Assembly: GCA_024279035.1 (NCBI GenBank)
Contig: JAJRSA010000013.1
Location: 91,889 to 155,888, forward strand
DNA from: Alphaproteobacteria bacterium
Lineage (GTDB): Bacteria > Pseudomonadota > Alphaproteobacteria > Micavibrionales > Micavibrionaceae
Length of the DNA stretch: 64,000 nt
Direction: 5' to 3'
Positions 31,361 to 40,577 of this stretch are shown here, piece by piece. The number at the start of each line of letters is the position of its first letter. The first letter of the stretch is position 1. The translations under genes were made by a program, and so were the position numbers. Below the pieces are notes generated by a model. The model worked only from the letters and a program-made list of their open reading frames with translations. It had not been told where the DNA came from and ran no database searches.

Positions 31361-34219
31361 TTAAGCTCTAATCTTAACATCTTCCTCTTCTCTAGACAGC
31401 CATTTCTCGAGGACATCAACCATGACTTGTTTTTTAATGGGTTTTGTTATGTAGTCATCCATGCCTGCGGCATAGCATTTTTCATCATCCCCTTTCATGG
31501 CAAAAGCGGTAAAGGCGACGATGGGCGTTTTTGGGAATTGTTTATTTTTTTCGAGTGTGCGAATGACTCTCGTGGCTTCAAATCCATCCATTTCTGGCAT
31601 GTTACAATCCATAAATACCAAATCAAATCGGCTTTGCTTGATTAAGTTAACGGCTTCTAACCCATTTCCAGCAGGAGTCACACGACACCCCATTTTTTCT
31701 AGCATGATTGTGGCAACCATTTGATTTGTTGGATTGTCTTCGGCCAGTAATATTTGAGCCCCCTTAAAATTAAGATCGACATTCTTAGTCTTGTCTTCTG
31801 TTTTTGTTTTGGATTCACGGAGTGTGTGACGTGTAATTAAGCTGGTGGGAGAGACTCCTTTGCGCATGGATTGTATGGCAGATAAGGCAAGAATAATATC
31901 ATGTCCACTACTTGGTTTGGTTAAAAACCCACTAAAACCAGCGTCTTCCATACGTTTATTATCTCCACGAGAGGGGGCAGATGAAATCATGAGAAGGGAC
32001 ATGTCTTTGATGGCCTTATCGCTTTTAATGGCTTTTGCGAGCTCTAAACCGTCAAGACCTGGCATCATGTAATCCAAGACTGCTATTTCATAAGGAGCGC
32101 CCTCTTTTTGGGCTTGTTTAATGAGGGCGAGGCCCTCATCTCCGGAGGCCGCGATCGTGATATCCATATTATGAGAGCGCATATGCTCGGCGGCAATTTC
32201 TTGTGCGATTTTATTATCATCAACAATAATGGCTTTAATGCCAGAGAGGTCAGATGTGAAATCAAGTTTTTCTCTGACATTAACATCTTTGTCAGGTTCA
32301 AGCTGGAAGGTGAACCAGAATGTAGATCCAACATCAGGTGTGCTCTCGACGCCAATATTTCCAGCCATAATGTGACTTAACTCTTGGCAAATCGTGAGCC
32401 CGAGGCCTGTCCCTCCAAATTTACGTGTGGTTGTTCCGTCTGCTTGACTGAATTTTTGGAAAATCTGTTCATGCTTTTCTTTTGGAATACCAATGCCTGT
32501 GTCTTCAATAGAGGCACGGAATTCTATGTCTCCAGTGCCCATGTCTTGATATTCGAGGGCGATGAGAATGTGTCCGGCCTCTGTGAATTTTAAGGCATTG
32601 CTGGACAGATTAAGAAAGATTTGTCTGACACGCCCAGGGTCTCCCATGACATAGCGGGGCATATCTGGTGCAAAGCGCAGAAGCATCTCTAGCCCTTTTT
32701 CCTGTGCTTTAATTGCTATCAGATCAGCAACTTCTTCGACCAAGAGGTGAAGATCAAAGGGTATAATTTCCAGTTCGAGTTTTCCTGCTTCAATCTTAGA
32801 AAAGTCCAAAATATCATTGATGAGCTGGAGAAGATTTTCAGCTGAATTCATAGCTGTACGAGCATAGTCTTGTTGTGTGGGGTCTAGCCCTGTTTCCATC
32901 AACAAATTCGTCATGCCGATGATTCCGTTCATGGGCGTGCGGATTTCATGGGACATATTGGCCAAGAACTCAGATTTCATTTTTGTGGCGTCTTCTGCTC
33001 TTTCTTTGGCTTTTTTGAGCTCTAACGCATTCTGTTTAAAGACATGAATGGCTTTAAACATAGACCCCATTTCATCTTGAAATTTATACTCTGGGAGATT
33101 GAAATCTACATCGCCTTGCGATAAACCTCTCATATGCTGTGTAATGATTTGAATAGGGGAGAGAATACGTCTATATAAAACGATGAATAATCCAATCAGA
33201 ATAAGTAGAATAAGCAGGCTGCCCAAGAGAGTAACAATCAATGTATGACGAGCGTCTCTTTCATAGATGTTTAGCCCTTCCAAAATGGGTTGTTCGAGAT
33301 GTGTTTCTATCTTTTGAAAACGATCCAAGATGCGTTGTAATTGAAAATCCCAATTTTCACGGACTTCTGCCGTGATCTCCTGTGCAATAATTTTGTCATA
33401 GACTTCTTTTTGAATCTCATCAAAAAGAAGGAAAGCTTGTGTGAACTCTTTGAGGATGCTGGAGAGCTCCGTTTGGATCCGTTCGCTTTGAAAAACATTG
33501 GCGTTTAGATTTTCTTTTTCGATGATCATAATGAGTGTACGTTGCTTTTGTACCTGTTTACTCAAGAGCGCCAAACGGTTGGAGGCTTCACGATCAAAAA
33601 CACCTGTTTTGACAATTTTTTGAAGCAATACGCCTTCCTCTATCATCAAAATATAGAGCTGTTCAACGGCAGGACGGACAATCAATTCTTGGTACAACAA
33701 AAAGTCAGGTCCATTTTTAGGAGAGAGGAGTAAAAACCGTATTCTCGCCAAAACATTGGAGGTGTGTTCGATTGTATCGACCCACTCATCATGGCTAATC
33801 TCAGCGTTATCTTCTTGTGCATGTAAAGTATTTATAGCTCTTTCAATGTCCGAGAGTTCATACAAAATAGGATCTATATTCTCCTTTAAGTGTGGCAAAA
33901 GAGCGTTGAGCTTGTCTCTGTTTTCAGAGACAAGCTCTCTATATTCTGCCTCATATTCCTCTTTGTAGTCTTGGTTGTCTTCTATAAAATTATCAATAAT
34001 CTGTAACCGTAAAAAGAGCTCAGAGCTTAGCCCATAGTCAATCTCCCGTGTTTGATCAATAAGTGTATTCATCTGTCTGAATTGCCCTGAATGGTGGGAT
34101 GTCTCTATGGCCCTCATAATCCTTTCTCCATTAAAAAATATCAGGAGGAAGACAGGAAAGAGAAAGCTGAGGAGGAGAAGAGAGCGAACAGTGAGGCGCT
34201 TTGTGGGGGTCTCATTCAT
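31361..34219 (-). CDS. Hybrid sensor histidine kinase with two C-terminal receiver domains
   Basis: 952 aa. Two TM segments flank a ~300-aa sensor region, then HAMP, H-box [16 protein letters not shown] boxes ([26 protein letters not shown]), and receivers [11 protein letters not shown]...[11 protein letters not shown] and [11 protein letters not shown]...[12 protein letters not shown]. Confidence 0.92.
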   Translation of the reverse strand: MNETPTKRLTVRSLLLLSFLFPVFLLIFFNGERIMRAIETSHHSGQFRQMNTLIDQTREIDYGLSSELFLRLQIIDNFIEDNQDYKEEYEAEYRELVSENRDKLNALLPHLKENIDPILYELSDIERAINTLHAQEDNAEISHDEWVDTIEHTSNVLARIRFLLLSPKNGPDFLLYQELIVRPAVEQLYILMIEEGVLLQKIVKTGVFDREASNRLALLSKQVQKQRTLIMIIEKENLNANVFQSERIQTELSSILKEFTQAFLLFDEIQKEVYDKIIAQEITAEVRENWDFQLQRILDRFQKIETHLEQPILEGLNIYERDARHTLIVTLLGSLLILLILIGLFIVLYRRILSPIQIITQHMRGLSQGDVDFNLPEYKFQDEMGSMFKAIHVFKQNALELKKAKERAEDATKMKSEFLANMSHEIRTPMNGIIGMTNLLMETGLDPTQQDYARTAMNSAENLLQLINDILDFSKIEAGKLELEIIPFDLHLLVEEVADLIAIKAQEKGLEMLLRFAPDMPRYVMGDPGRVRQIFLNLSSNALKFTEAGHILIALEYQDMGTGDIEFRASIEDTGIGIPKEKHEQIFQKFSQADGTTTRKFGGTGLGLTICQELSHIMAGNIGVESTPDVGSTFWFTFQLEPDKDVNVREKLDFTSDLSGIKAIIVDDNKIAQEIAAEHMRSHNMDITIAASGDEGLALIKQAQKEGAPYEIAVLDYMMPGLDGLELAKAIKSDKAIKDMSLLMISSAPSRGDNKRMEDAGFSGFLTKPSSGHDIILALSAIQSMRKGVSPTSLITRHTLRESKTKTEDKTKNVDLNFKGAQILLAEDNPTNQMVATIMLEKMGCRVTPAGNGLEAVNLIKQSRFDLVFMDCNMPEMDGFEATRVIRTLEKNKQFPKTPIVAFTAFAMKGDDEKCYAAGMDDYITKPIKKQVMVDVLEKWLSREEEDVKIRA

Positions 34220-34338
34220 GGATAAGCATATCCTTCATAGAGTGATAAAATGATTGTTTTTATCACTATGAGCACTTTAGGTGAAAATCCTATGCGGGCA
34301 TTCTATAGCATTCAAAGCGGGGGAAGAGACGAGAAGAA

Positions 34339-34414
34339 TGGTAGCGGAGGGCAGAATTGAACTGCCGACCTTCGGATTATGATTCCGCTGCTCTAACCGC
34401 TGAGCTACACCGCC
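34339..34414 (-). tRNA. tRNA with CAT anticodon (elongator Met or lysidine-modified Ile2)
   Basis: 76 nt, folds as a cloverleaf by hand: GGCGGTG-TA-GCTC-AGCGGTTA-GAGC-A-GCGGA-ATCATAA-TCCGA-AGGTC-GGCAG-TTCAATT-CTGCC-CTCCGCT-A-CCA. CCA is encoded. The acceptor stem has G1-U72 and a U6-U67 mismatch. Confidence 0.78.
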
Positions 34415-34481
34415 ATAAGATACAGGGTTATCGCTTTTTACTCTCTTTTTGTCAAGAGATTTTGAGAGGAGTGTTCAAAAT

Positions 34482-34660
34482 TCAAAAATGATAGAGAGGG
34501 CTGTTTTTATGATGAGGGAGAAGAGGCGCAACAATAACTGTTCGTGTGCCTTTATTGAGCAAATTAGATTGGATAATCACACAGGGTCTTTTCTTTTGTG
34601 TTTCTGCGTCTCGTGTGGGGGGTAGGTCAACCCAAAATATATTGAGTTGTTTACACACAT
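34482..34660 (-). pseudogene. MazF/PemK-family toxin remnant (frameshifted and C-terminally truncated)
   Basis: The ATG overlaps the antitoxin stop (TAATG). Frame 1 reads MCVNNSIYFGLTYPPHETQKHKRKDPV*. After a -1 shift in an A-run, the reading is KRPCVIIQSNLLNKGTRTVIVAPLLPHHKNSPLYHF*, matching the conserved KRP.V.....L......V..AP.T core of MazF/PemK. The total is far shorter than the ~110 aa of the family. Confidence 0.55.
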
Positions 34661-34887
34661 TAATCGGTTATGCTCTCAGAGAGCGTGGTCTTCCACTCTG
34701 AGAGATCTTCTTGATAGGCTGAGTCTTGGGCTTCTTCTTCATTGGCCTGTAATATGGCCTCTTCGAGTGTTCTTTGTCTCTCTCTCGTTAGAAGATCATT
34801 GATATAGGCACTCTTATTTGTGCCACCAACCTCTTGCAAAAAAGCAAAAGTCTCTGGATTGAGTGAAAAAGGTGTGCGCTCCATCAT
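34660..34887 (-). CDS. Putative ribbon-helix-helix-type antitoxin (75 aa)
   Basis: Small ORF directly upstream of, and stop/start-coupled to, the MazF-like remnant. N-terminal TPFSLNPETFAFLQE..KSAYINDLL fits an RHH beta-strand plus helix. Acidic C-terminal tail. Confidence 0.5.
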   Translation of the reverse strand: MMERTPFSLNPETFAFLQEVGGTNKSAYINDLLTRERQRTLEEAILQANEEEAQDSAYQEDLSEWKTTLSESITD

Positions 34888-35145
34888 TATGTATTACTCC
34901 TCTTTCATACGATTTTCTCATACTTGTGTATATGATATAAAGATCTTATTTTCTCTCATTTATACAGATTATCCCCTTGTTAGAGTGTGTATTTTCACGG
35001 TTCTTCATTTCGTTCCCCATTTTTCAACAAAAAAACATGACAGTGGCATAAGGCGTGTGGGTTTATGGGGAAGATGTAGAACGGTGTGTGGGGTGTTTTG
35101 AGTGGTCATAGAGTCAATATAGGATGAAAATCCTAAAATGTCAAG

Positions 35146-35175
35146 GAAAAACCCTCCCGCTTTTGGGGGGAGGGG
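35146..35175 (-). terminator. Intrinsic terminator after the last gene of the orphan three-gene cluster
   Basis: On the minus strand, a 7-bp stem CCCTCCC/GGGAGGG with a 9-nt loop is followed by TTTTT, about 20 nt after the stop at 35194. Confidence 0.6.
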
Positions 35176-35193
35176 ACAGCTATCATTGATTTT

Positions 35194-36162
35194 CTAGTTT
35201 AGTGCAAGTCTGAGAGCATCATTAAGTTTAGTTTTTTGGTCGAGTGGTAGAGCTGTCCATTCAGCTTCTTGTTGAAGAGAATCAATTTCTGAAGCTTCTA
35301 AAGCATTTACGTCACCACCGAGTCCAGCAGCCTCAGCCATTAGGTTCTTTAGGGCAGGAGAAATTTTTATTGCGGAATTATTTAATATATCTGTTAGTTC
35401 CTCATGTGTCACTGTTCCTGAGGTTCCTTGTGAATCCGTATTGCCTAGAGTATTGTTTGCAAAACTGCCTTTTCCTCCAGTATTATTTAAAATTGCCCTG
35501 TTTTTTGCATTAGTTATGTTTTGCCCAGTACCAAGAAATCCTTTGTTTAATTTATCTATTATATTTGTGATTTTGCTTTCTGCGTTTATGGCAATTTCTG
35601 GGCTAAAGCCTTTGACTCGACCAGAAACTTGATTTTGAACAGGAGCAATTGTCTCTGAGACCCATTCATTCATATCTTGTGCTCTAGTTACGATTGTTTT
35701 TGCAAGATCAGTCATCCCTAACATGGTTGCTACTGCACCAAAAAATCCAGCAATTCCGCTTGTCCAATCACTCAGTTTTTCGGCAACAGCAGATCGTACT
35801 TTAAAAATTGTTCCGAGTTGTTGTTGTTCTAAGCCACGAAAATTTGAAAGATGTCCCTCTTTTTCTGTCTTGGAAAGTTCTACCTGTGTTGTTAAAGTCT
35901 CATTGACAATAGCCAAAATCTTCGTGGCGCCATCTTCATCAAATTTCTGTATGTAACCTTGACGGCCTTTTAGGGTCTCAATAAAATTGGTATAAAGCTC
36001 TCCCTGACCAACGGCTTGTCCATATCTAAGAGGTTCATCCAAAAAAAACTGACGTTGTATAGGATCATTAGGATCAACATCTTTAATATTAGCTTTAAAT
36101 GTTGCTAATGCTTCTGCCTTTCCTATTGCGCCTGTGTTTTCATCTACCATCTCTATCTCCAA
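35194..36162 (-). CDS. Hypothetical protein (322 aa), orphan island gene 3
   Basis: Long ORF in an AT-rich region, same strand as its neighbours. One Gly/Ala-rich hydrophobic segment (WTSGIAGFFGAVATMLGM) and an Asn/Gly/Thr-rich low-complexity stretch. No family recognised. Confidence 0.55.
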   Translation of the reverse strand: MEIEMVDENTGAIGKAEALATFKANIKDVDPNDPIQRQFFLDEPLRYGQAVGQGELYTNFIETLKGRQGYIQKFDEDGATKILAIVNETLTTQVELSKTEKEGHLSNFRGLEQQQLGTIFKVRSAVAEKLSDWTSGIAGFFGAVATMLGMTDLAKTIVTRAQDMNEWVSETIAPVQNQVSGRVKGFSPEIAINAESKITNIIDKLNKGFLGTGQNITNAKNRAILNNTGGKGSFANNTLGNTDSQGTSGTVTHEELTDILNNSAIKISPALKNLMAEAAGLGGDVNALEASEIDSLQQEAEWTALPLDQKTKLNDALRLALN

Positions 36163-36258
36163 GTTTTTTGTTCATTTTTAACTATTACCAGTATTATAAG
36201 TATTTATGTTTTCTTATACAAAGTAAACTTACAAAGCATTGATTTTAAATGATTTTAT

Positions 36259-37365
36259 CTATCCTGCTTCTAAGACTGCTTGTCTAATAACATGCCTTTG
36301 TTTAAATTCTAACCCTTTTACAGCTTCAGTAAATTCTGCGTTATTCGTGATGCTCTGACGTGCTTCTTCCTTATTAAGGCCAGCATTTCCATCTTGTTGG
36401 GCAACATTATTCATGACTGATCTAATGTTTTGAAGGACATTTTGAGGGATAGATATTCCTGCATTTTTTGTAGCAAAACTAACCCTTTTCATGACGTTGT
36501 CTACAGGTTCTCCTTCTATGTCTTTAAGTTTTTGTTGAACGTATGTGTCTGCCCCAGCCTGAGTCTTTTTGATAAAGCTTGTTGCATTATCTGTAACAAT
36601 CTTTTTTCCTTCAGAAGCGAGGGATTTTTCTTTTTGATCAAGAGCTTCCTGTTTCCTTTCGTCAAATCTTTTTAATACTTCCAGAGCGGCAGCATTCCCC
36701 GTGCTACCCAGCATCTCGATATGTTTTCTATAGTCAGCGGTGTCTTGTAATAAGCTTGATGCTATCTGATCAGCCTTATAAAACATGACGGTTGCTCTTG
36801 GATCCTTAAAAGGAGCTTCATTTTTGCCTAGATGTTCAGTAACGGTCTCTGAGACAGCTTCACGTTTGAATGGTGAAATATCATTATAATTTTCTAAAAA
36901 TTCTTCAATGTGTTCATTGAGTAATCTTGTTCCTCCGATTGGGTTGTTATAGCGCCATTTAAGAAGAGTTACACCTAATTGATCATTTCCTCCAGCAAGC
37001 TCCATACCAGCTATATTAGCAATAGCTCTTACTGGATTAGGAATACTTCCAATAACTCCAGCAGGGTAAGAGGCGTAACTTAATGCAGTGTCTAAAATAC
37101 TATTGTCTTCTATCATGTCGTGATCTTTGAGTTTGTCTTGAACACCCATGCTTCCAAGGCTAAGAATGCTCACTCCTGCGTATTTTTTCCAATGATTAGA
37201 TAAATGTCCAGAAATAGCTGAAAACCTTCCAGTTGTTGCCTCAGGGTCAACGAGATTACCTATGTTATTAGGGACATCATTAGGATTGAGTGGGCTATTT
37301 CCTTCACCCGCCAACTTTTTAACTTTCTTTTGAGCCCACTCTTTCATAAATTTTGGAACTGCCAT
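36259..37365 (-). CDS. Hypothetical protein (368 aa), orphan island gene 2
   Basis: Long ORF, AT-rich. Helical and charged C-half; Gly-rich hydrophobic patches (AGVSILSLGSMGV, YPAGVIGSIPNPVRAIANIAGMELAGG). No family recognised. Confidence 0.55.
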   Translation of the reverse strand: MAVPKFMKEWAQKKVKKLAGEGNSPLNPNDVPNNIGNLVDPEATTGRFSAISGHLSNHWKKYAGVSILSLGSMGVQDKLKDHDMIEDNSILDTALSYASYPAGVIGSIPNPVRAIANIAGMELAGGNDQLGVTLLKWRYNNPIGGTRLLNEHIEEFLENYNDISPFKREAVSETVTEHLGKNEAPFKDPRATVMFYKADQIASSLLQDTADYRKHIEMLGSTGNAAALEVLKRFDERKQEALDQKEKSLASEGKKIVTDNATSFIKKTQAGADTYVQQKLKDIEGEPVDNVMKRVSFATKNAGISIPQNVLQNIRSVMNNVAQQDGNAGLNKEEARQSITNNAEFTEAVKGLEFKQRHVIRQAVLEAG

Positions 37366-37452
37366 GATACTCTTCCTTTCTTTTTCTCTTTATATTAACA
37401 TAAGTATACATAAAATATCAAGGATATATGGGTATAATACTGTTTTTGTTTT

Positions 37453-37998
37453 CTAAAACTCCATTTGATAGAGGTTTTGTTTGGAGGGTTTCTGTGCCTG
37501 TTCTTCCATAATCTGATCAGGAAAGAGTATAATCCCTCCGATTTCACTTGCAAACGCTGTTCCTTCTGCACCAACAATCACACCTGCCGATTTTGCTAAT
37601 GCTTTGACAGACATCAATTTAGCCACGGCACCCGCAGGGGCGATGTAAGATGTTATTGTTCCTGCAATATGTAAGCCTTCGTCAAAAGTGTCAATATGTT
37701 TAGAGGTGCATATATGTTGATCAAGTCTTTCTGATATAGTGCCATTTATATGGTCAAACCCTCCCCATGGCTCATTTTTCATTTGACCTGCCCCCCATAG
37801 CATTGGCACATTATTAATCGCATCAACAAGATAGCCAATGCTTGATGCTATTTCTACGCCACCGTCAATAATGCCCTTTGAAAAAACATTGGCACGATGT
37901 CGAAAGCCCGTCCCATCATTACATTCCTGTGCTGTGGTCGTGATCTGGTCAGGATAGGCACTTTGACCTGTAAAATTATCTGATATTGTGTCTACCAT
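37453..37998 (-). CDS. Hypothetical protein (181 aa), orphan island gene 1
   Basis: ORF with a C-terminal Gly/Ala-zipper-like hydrophobic region (GLHIAGTITSYIAPAGAVAKLMSVKALAKSAGVIVGAEGTAFASEIGGIILF). No family recognised. Confidence 0.5.
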   Translation of the reverse strand: MVDTISDNFTGQSAYPDQITTTAQECNDGTGFRHRANVFSKGIIDGGVEIASSIGYLVDAINNVPMLWGAGQMKNEPWGGFDHINGTISERLDQHICTSKHIDTFDEGLHIAGTITSYIAPAGAVAKLMSVKALAKSAGVIVGAEGTAFASEIGGIILFPDQIMEEQAQKPSKQNLYQMEF

Positions 37999-38124
37999 AC
38001 CCCTAAAATAGCAGGAAAAGCTTAATAAATGCTAAAAATTTATAGTTTTTCTTTGTTTTTTAAGGGGTTGAGGGGGGCTGTATGGCAGTCTGTTATCATT
38101 ATGTTTTTCAAGAAAAACAGTCCA

Positions 38125-38166
38125 GATCCCCGCCTTCGCGGGGATGACATGTGGGGCGGGGATGAC
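38125..38166 (+). repeat. Partial family B repeat arm (GATCCCCGCCTTCGCGGGGATGAC plus GGCGGGGATGAC)
   Basis: Same arm-plus-half-arm layout as 8732-8773 (GGATTCCTGCCTTCGCAGGAATGAC ... GGCAGGATGAC), with compensatory stem changes. Confidence 0.6.
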
Positions 38167-38343
38167 GTGTGGGGTGTGAGAGGAATGGGTGTGGGATGCC
38201 GTAATTTTGTATAAGTAAAGGAACACGACTGTGTTCCCGCCCCGTATGGGGCGAAGCCTGCGTGGCGTTTGAACGTTTATTTGAACGTTTATATGTGTGC
38301 AAAACCCTCACCCAACTCTCTCCCTGAAGGGAGAGTTTTCACT

Positions 38344-39921
38344 CTAATGCCTAAAATGCCTCATCCCTGTAAACACCATCGCTAAGCCCCGCTCATTGGC
38401 GGCGTCGATCACTTCGTCGTCGCGGATGGAGCCGCCGGGTTGGATGATGGCGGTGATGCCGGCGTCGGCGATGGTGATAATGCCGTCGGCGAAGGGGAAG
38501 AAGGCGTCGGAGGCGACGACGGGGGCGCAGGCTTCTAGGCCGGCCTCTTTCATTTTAGAGGCGGCGATTTTGGCGGCATCGATACGGCTCATTTGACCCG
38601 CACCGATTCCAACGGTGGCTTTGTTTTTCGCATAGACAATGGTATTGGATTTGACGTGTTTTCCGACGCGGAAGGCAAAAAGGAGGTCGTTGAGCTCTTG
38701 GGCGGTAGGCTCGCGGTCGGTGACGATTTTGAGGTCATCAAGCGTGACATGACCTATATCGGCGCTTTGAACCAAAAGCCCGCCTGCAATAGATTTGACC
38801 AGTCTGCGGGGGCGTTTAGGGTCGGGCATATCGCCTGTAGTGAGCACGCGGATGTTTTTCTTTTTGGCAAAGAGTTCAAGAGCATGGGCTTCCACAGAGG
38901 GCGCAATCACGACTTCACAGAAGGTTTTGAGGATCTCTTCCGAGGTGGGCACATCCAAAGGACGGTTGAGCGCAATAATGCCTCCAAAGGCGCTTACAGG
39001 GTCACATTTAAGGGCAGAGAGGTACGCAGAGAGTGTGTCTTCGCCAATGGCCACCCCACAGGGGTTGGCGTGCTTGATGATGGCCACGGCGGGGGCGTCG
39101 AATTCGGCAACCAACTCATAGGCGGCATCGGTGTCATTGAGGTTGTTATAGGAGAGCTCTTTGCCTTGGAGTTGGCTAGCGGTGGCGACCCCTGGGCGAT
39201 CACTGCCTGTAAGATAGAGGGCTGCGTCTTGGTGAGGGTTTTCTCCGTAGCGCAGGCTCTGTTTGAGGCTTCCTGAAAAGCTGACACGTTGGGGCGTGGC
39301 TTCGTCAATGTGCTCGGCAAACCAACGGGAGATATTAGAATCATAGGTCGCTGTAAGCGCATAAGCGTGGGCAGCGAGTTTTTTGCGCAAAGGATGTGTG
39401 ATTCCGCCGTCATGAATCTCCATGTCTTTGAGGATAAGGCTGTATTCTTCAGGATTGGTGACGACGGTACAAAAATCAAAGTTTTTCGCCGCCGAGCGGA
39501 TCATGGCAGGGCCTCCAATGTCTATGTTTTCGATGCAGGTCGCAAAGTTAGCCCCGCTTTTGATGGTCTCGACAAAGGGGTAAAGATTGACAACGAGGAG
39601 GTCTATTTCTTCAATATTATGCTCTTTCATCGCCTGAACATGATCGTCCTTATCACGACGCCCGAGGAGACCTCCATGAATTTTAGGGTGGAGAGTCTTT
39701 ACCCGCCCATTCATCATCTCGGGCGAGCCTGTATGGTCGGATACATCTTTGACCGTGAGGCCTGCCTCTGTGAGCGCTTTGGCGGTGCCCCCTGTGGAGA
39801 GGAGTTCTATACCGTATTCGGCAAGTTTTGTGGCAAACGTAACAATATCTGTCTTGTCAGATACAGAAAGAAGCGCCCGTTTGATTTTAATTTCTTTCGG
39901 GTCACGGATAATGTCAGTCAT
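38344..39921 (-). CDS. purH: Bifunctional AICAR formyltransferase / IMP cyclohydrolase
   Basis: 525 aa. MGS-like N-domain ([12 protein letters not shown]...LLSTGGTAK) and a C-terminal AICARFT domain ending MRHFRH. Confidence 0.96.
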   Translation of the reverse strand: MTDIIRDPKEIKIKRALLSVSDKTDIVTFATKLAEYGIELLSTGGTAKALTEAGLTVKDVSDHTGSPEMMNGRVKTLHPKIHGGLLGRRDKDDHVQAMKEHNIEEIDLLVVNLYPFVETIKSGANFATCIENIDIGGPAMIRSAAKNFDFCTVVTNPEEYSLILKDMEIHDGGITHPLRKKLAAHAYALTATYDSNISRWFAEHIDEATPQRVSFSGSLKQSLRYGENPHQDAALYLTGSDRPGVATASQLQGKELSYNNLNDTDAAYELVAEFDAPAVAIIKHANPCGVAIGEDTLSAYLSALKCDPVSAFGGIIALNRPLDVPTSEEILKTFCEVVIAPSVEAHALELFAKKKNIRVLTTGDMPDPKRPRRLVKSIAGGLLVQSADIGHVTLDDLKIVTDREPTAQELNDLLFAFRVGKHVKSNTIVYAKNKATVGIGAGQMSRIDAAKIAASKMKEAGLEACAPVVASDAFFPFADGIITIADAGITAIIQPGGSIRDDEVIDAANERGLAMVFTGMRHFRH

Positions 39922-39930
39922 GATAGATGT

Positions 39931-40551
39931 TTACTCGCTTATAATAAAGGTGATCTGGGTGTCACTTGGCTCAACTGTCACGTTCAAGCCAAGATCTCGT
40001 GCGCTTAGTCCGAGTAGATACGATGTTACGAGCCGAGGGTCAATATCTTCAATGGATATTTCTCCTGCTAGGGAGTCAATAATGGTCTCGCGGAGCATGA
40101 AATCGTCGCCTTTGGCTGTGACATGTGTTCTTGTTCCTTCAATATGTGCGTGTAACGTCCCTCCTTTAGGGAGCGTTTCTATAGCAAGAAGAAATGTTCC
40201 CATCAATATTTTAGAGAATCCGTTATGCGGTATTGTTGTGATCTCCCCATGAGGATCCCACTCTTGGGTGATTTTATTCTCAAGTGTAAGAAGCTCTTCG
40301 ATGGCTGTATACATATCTTCTGGTTTTACAGACGGATCCCGTCCCCCTGCGCCATAGGCAAGGCGAAAAGCTTTAAGTTTGCTCGTCGCGTGTATGGCGG
40401 AGTGACGCATAAGATCGAGGGCCTCCTCAAGAGAATCTGTTCCCATCTCATCCAAAAACTCAATCCCGTTATGAATCGCGCCGACAGGATTAATCAAATC
40501 ATGACAAATGCGGGAGGCAAGCATTTCAAGGAGGAGGGTGCGTTCTAACAT
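39931..40551 (-). CDS. chpT: Histidine phosphotransferase ChpT-like
   Basis: 206 aa. H-box-like LASRICHDLINPVGAIHNGIEFL and a degenerate kinase-like C-domain, as in alphaproteobacterial ChpT. Confidence 0.7.
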   Translation of the reverse strand: MLERTLLLEMLASRICHDLINPVGAIHNGIEFLDEMGTDSLEEALDLMRHSAIHATSKLKAFRLAYGAGGRDPSVKPEDMYTAIEELLTLENKITQEWDPHGEITTIPHNGFSKILMGTFLLAIETLPKGGTLHAHIEGTRTHVTAKGDDFMLRETIIDSLAGEISIEDIDPRLVTSYLLGLSARDLGLNVTVEPSDTQITFIISE

Positions 40552-40577
40552 AATATGAAGAGGCTTTCTTTTGTGAT

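Noticed and set aside
34339-34414. Initiator tRNA-fMet
   Set aside because: The anticodon stem lacks the three consecutive G-C pairs. Positions 1-72 are G-U rather than the C-A mismatch typical of bacterial initiators.
38269-38292. TTGAACGTTTAT x2 tandem, and the palindrome clusters generally, considered as a CRISPR array or iterons
   Set aside because: There are only two 12-nt units with no spacers, no regular repeat-spacer periodicity anywhere in the window, and no cas genes.
34339-38340. Classical tRNA-integrated genomic island or prophage
   Set aside because: No integrase, excisionase or phage structural genes are present. The island lies on the 5' side of the tRNA gene rather than at its 3' end. 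I saw no direct repeat of the tRNA 3' end at the far border. It is kept only as a compositionally atypical orphan island.
38396-40252. Plus-strand ORFs of 66, 227, 108, 239 and 167 aa across purH and chpT
   Set aside because: They are antisense to full-length PurH and ChpT. Long open antisense frames are expected in this GC-richer stretch, and their products are Gly/Arg/Val-rich with no motifs.
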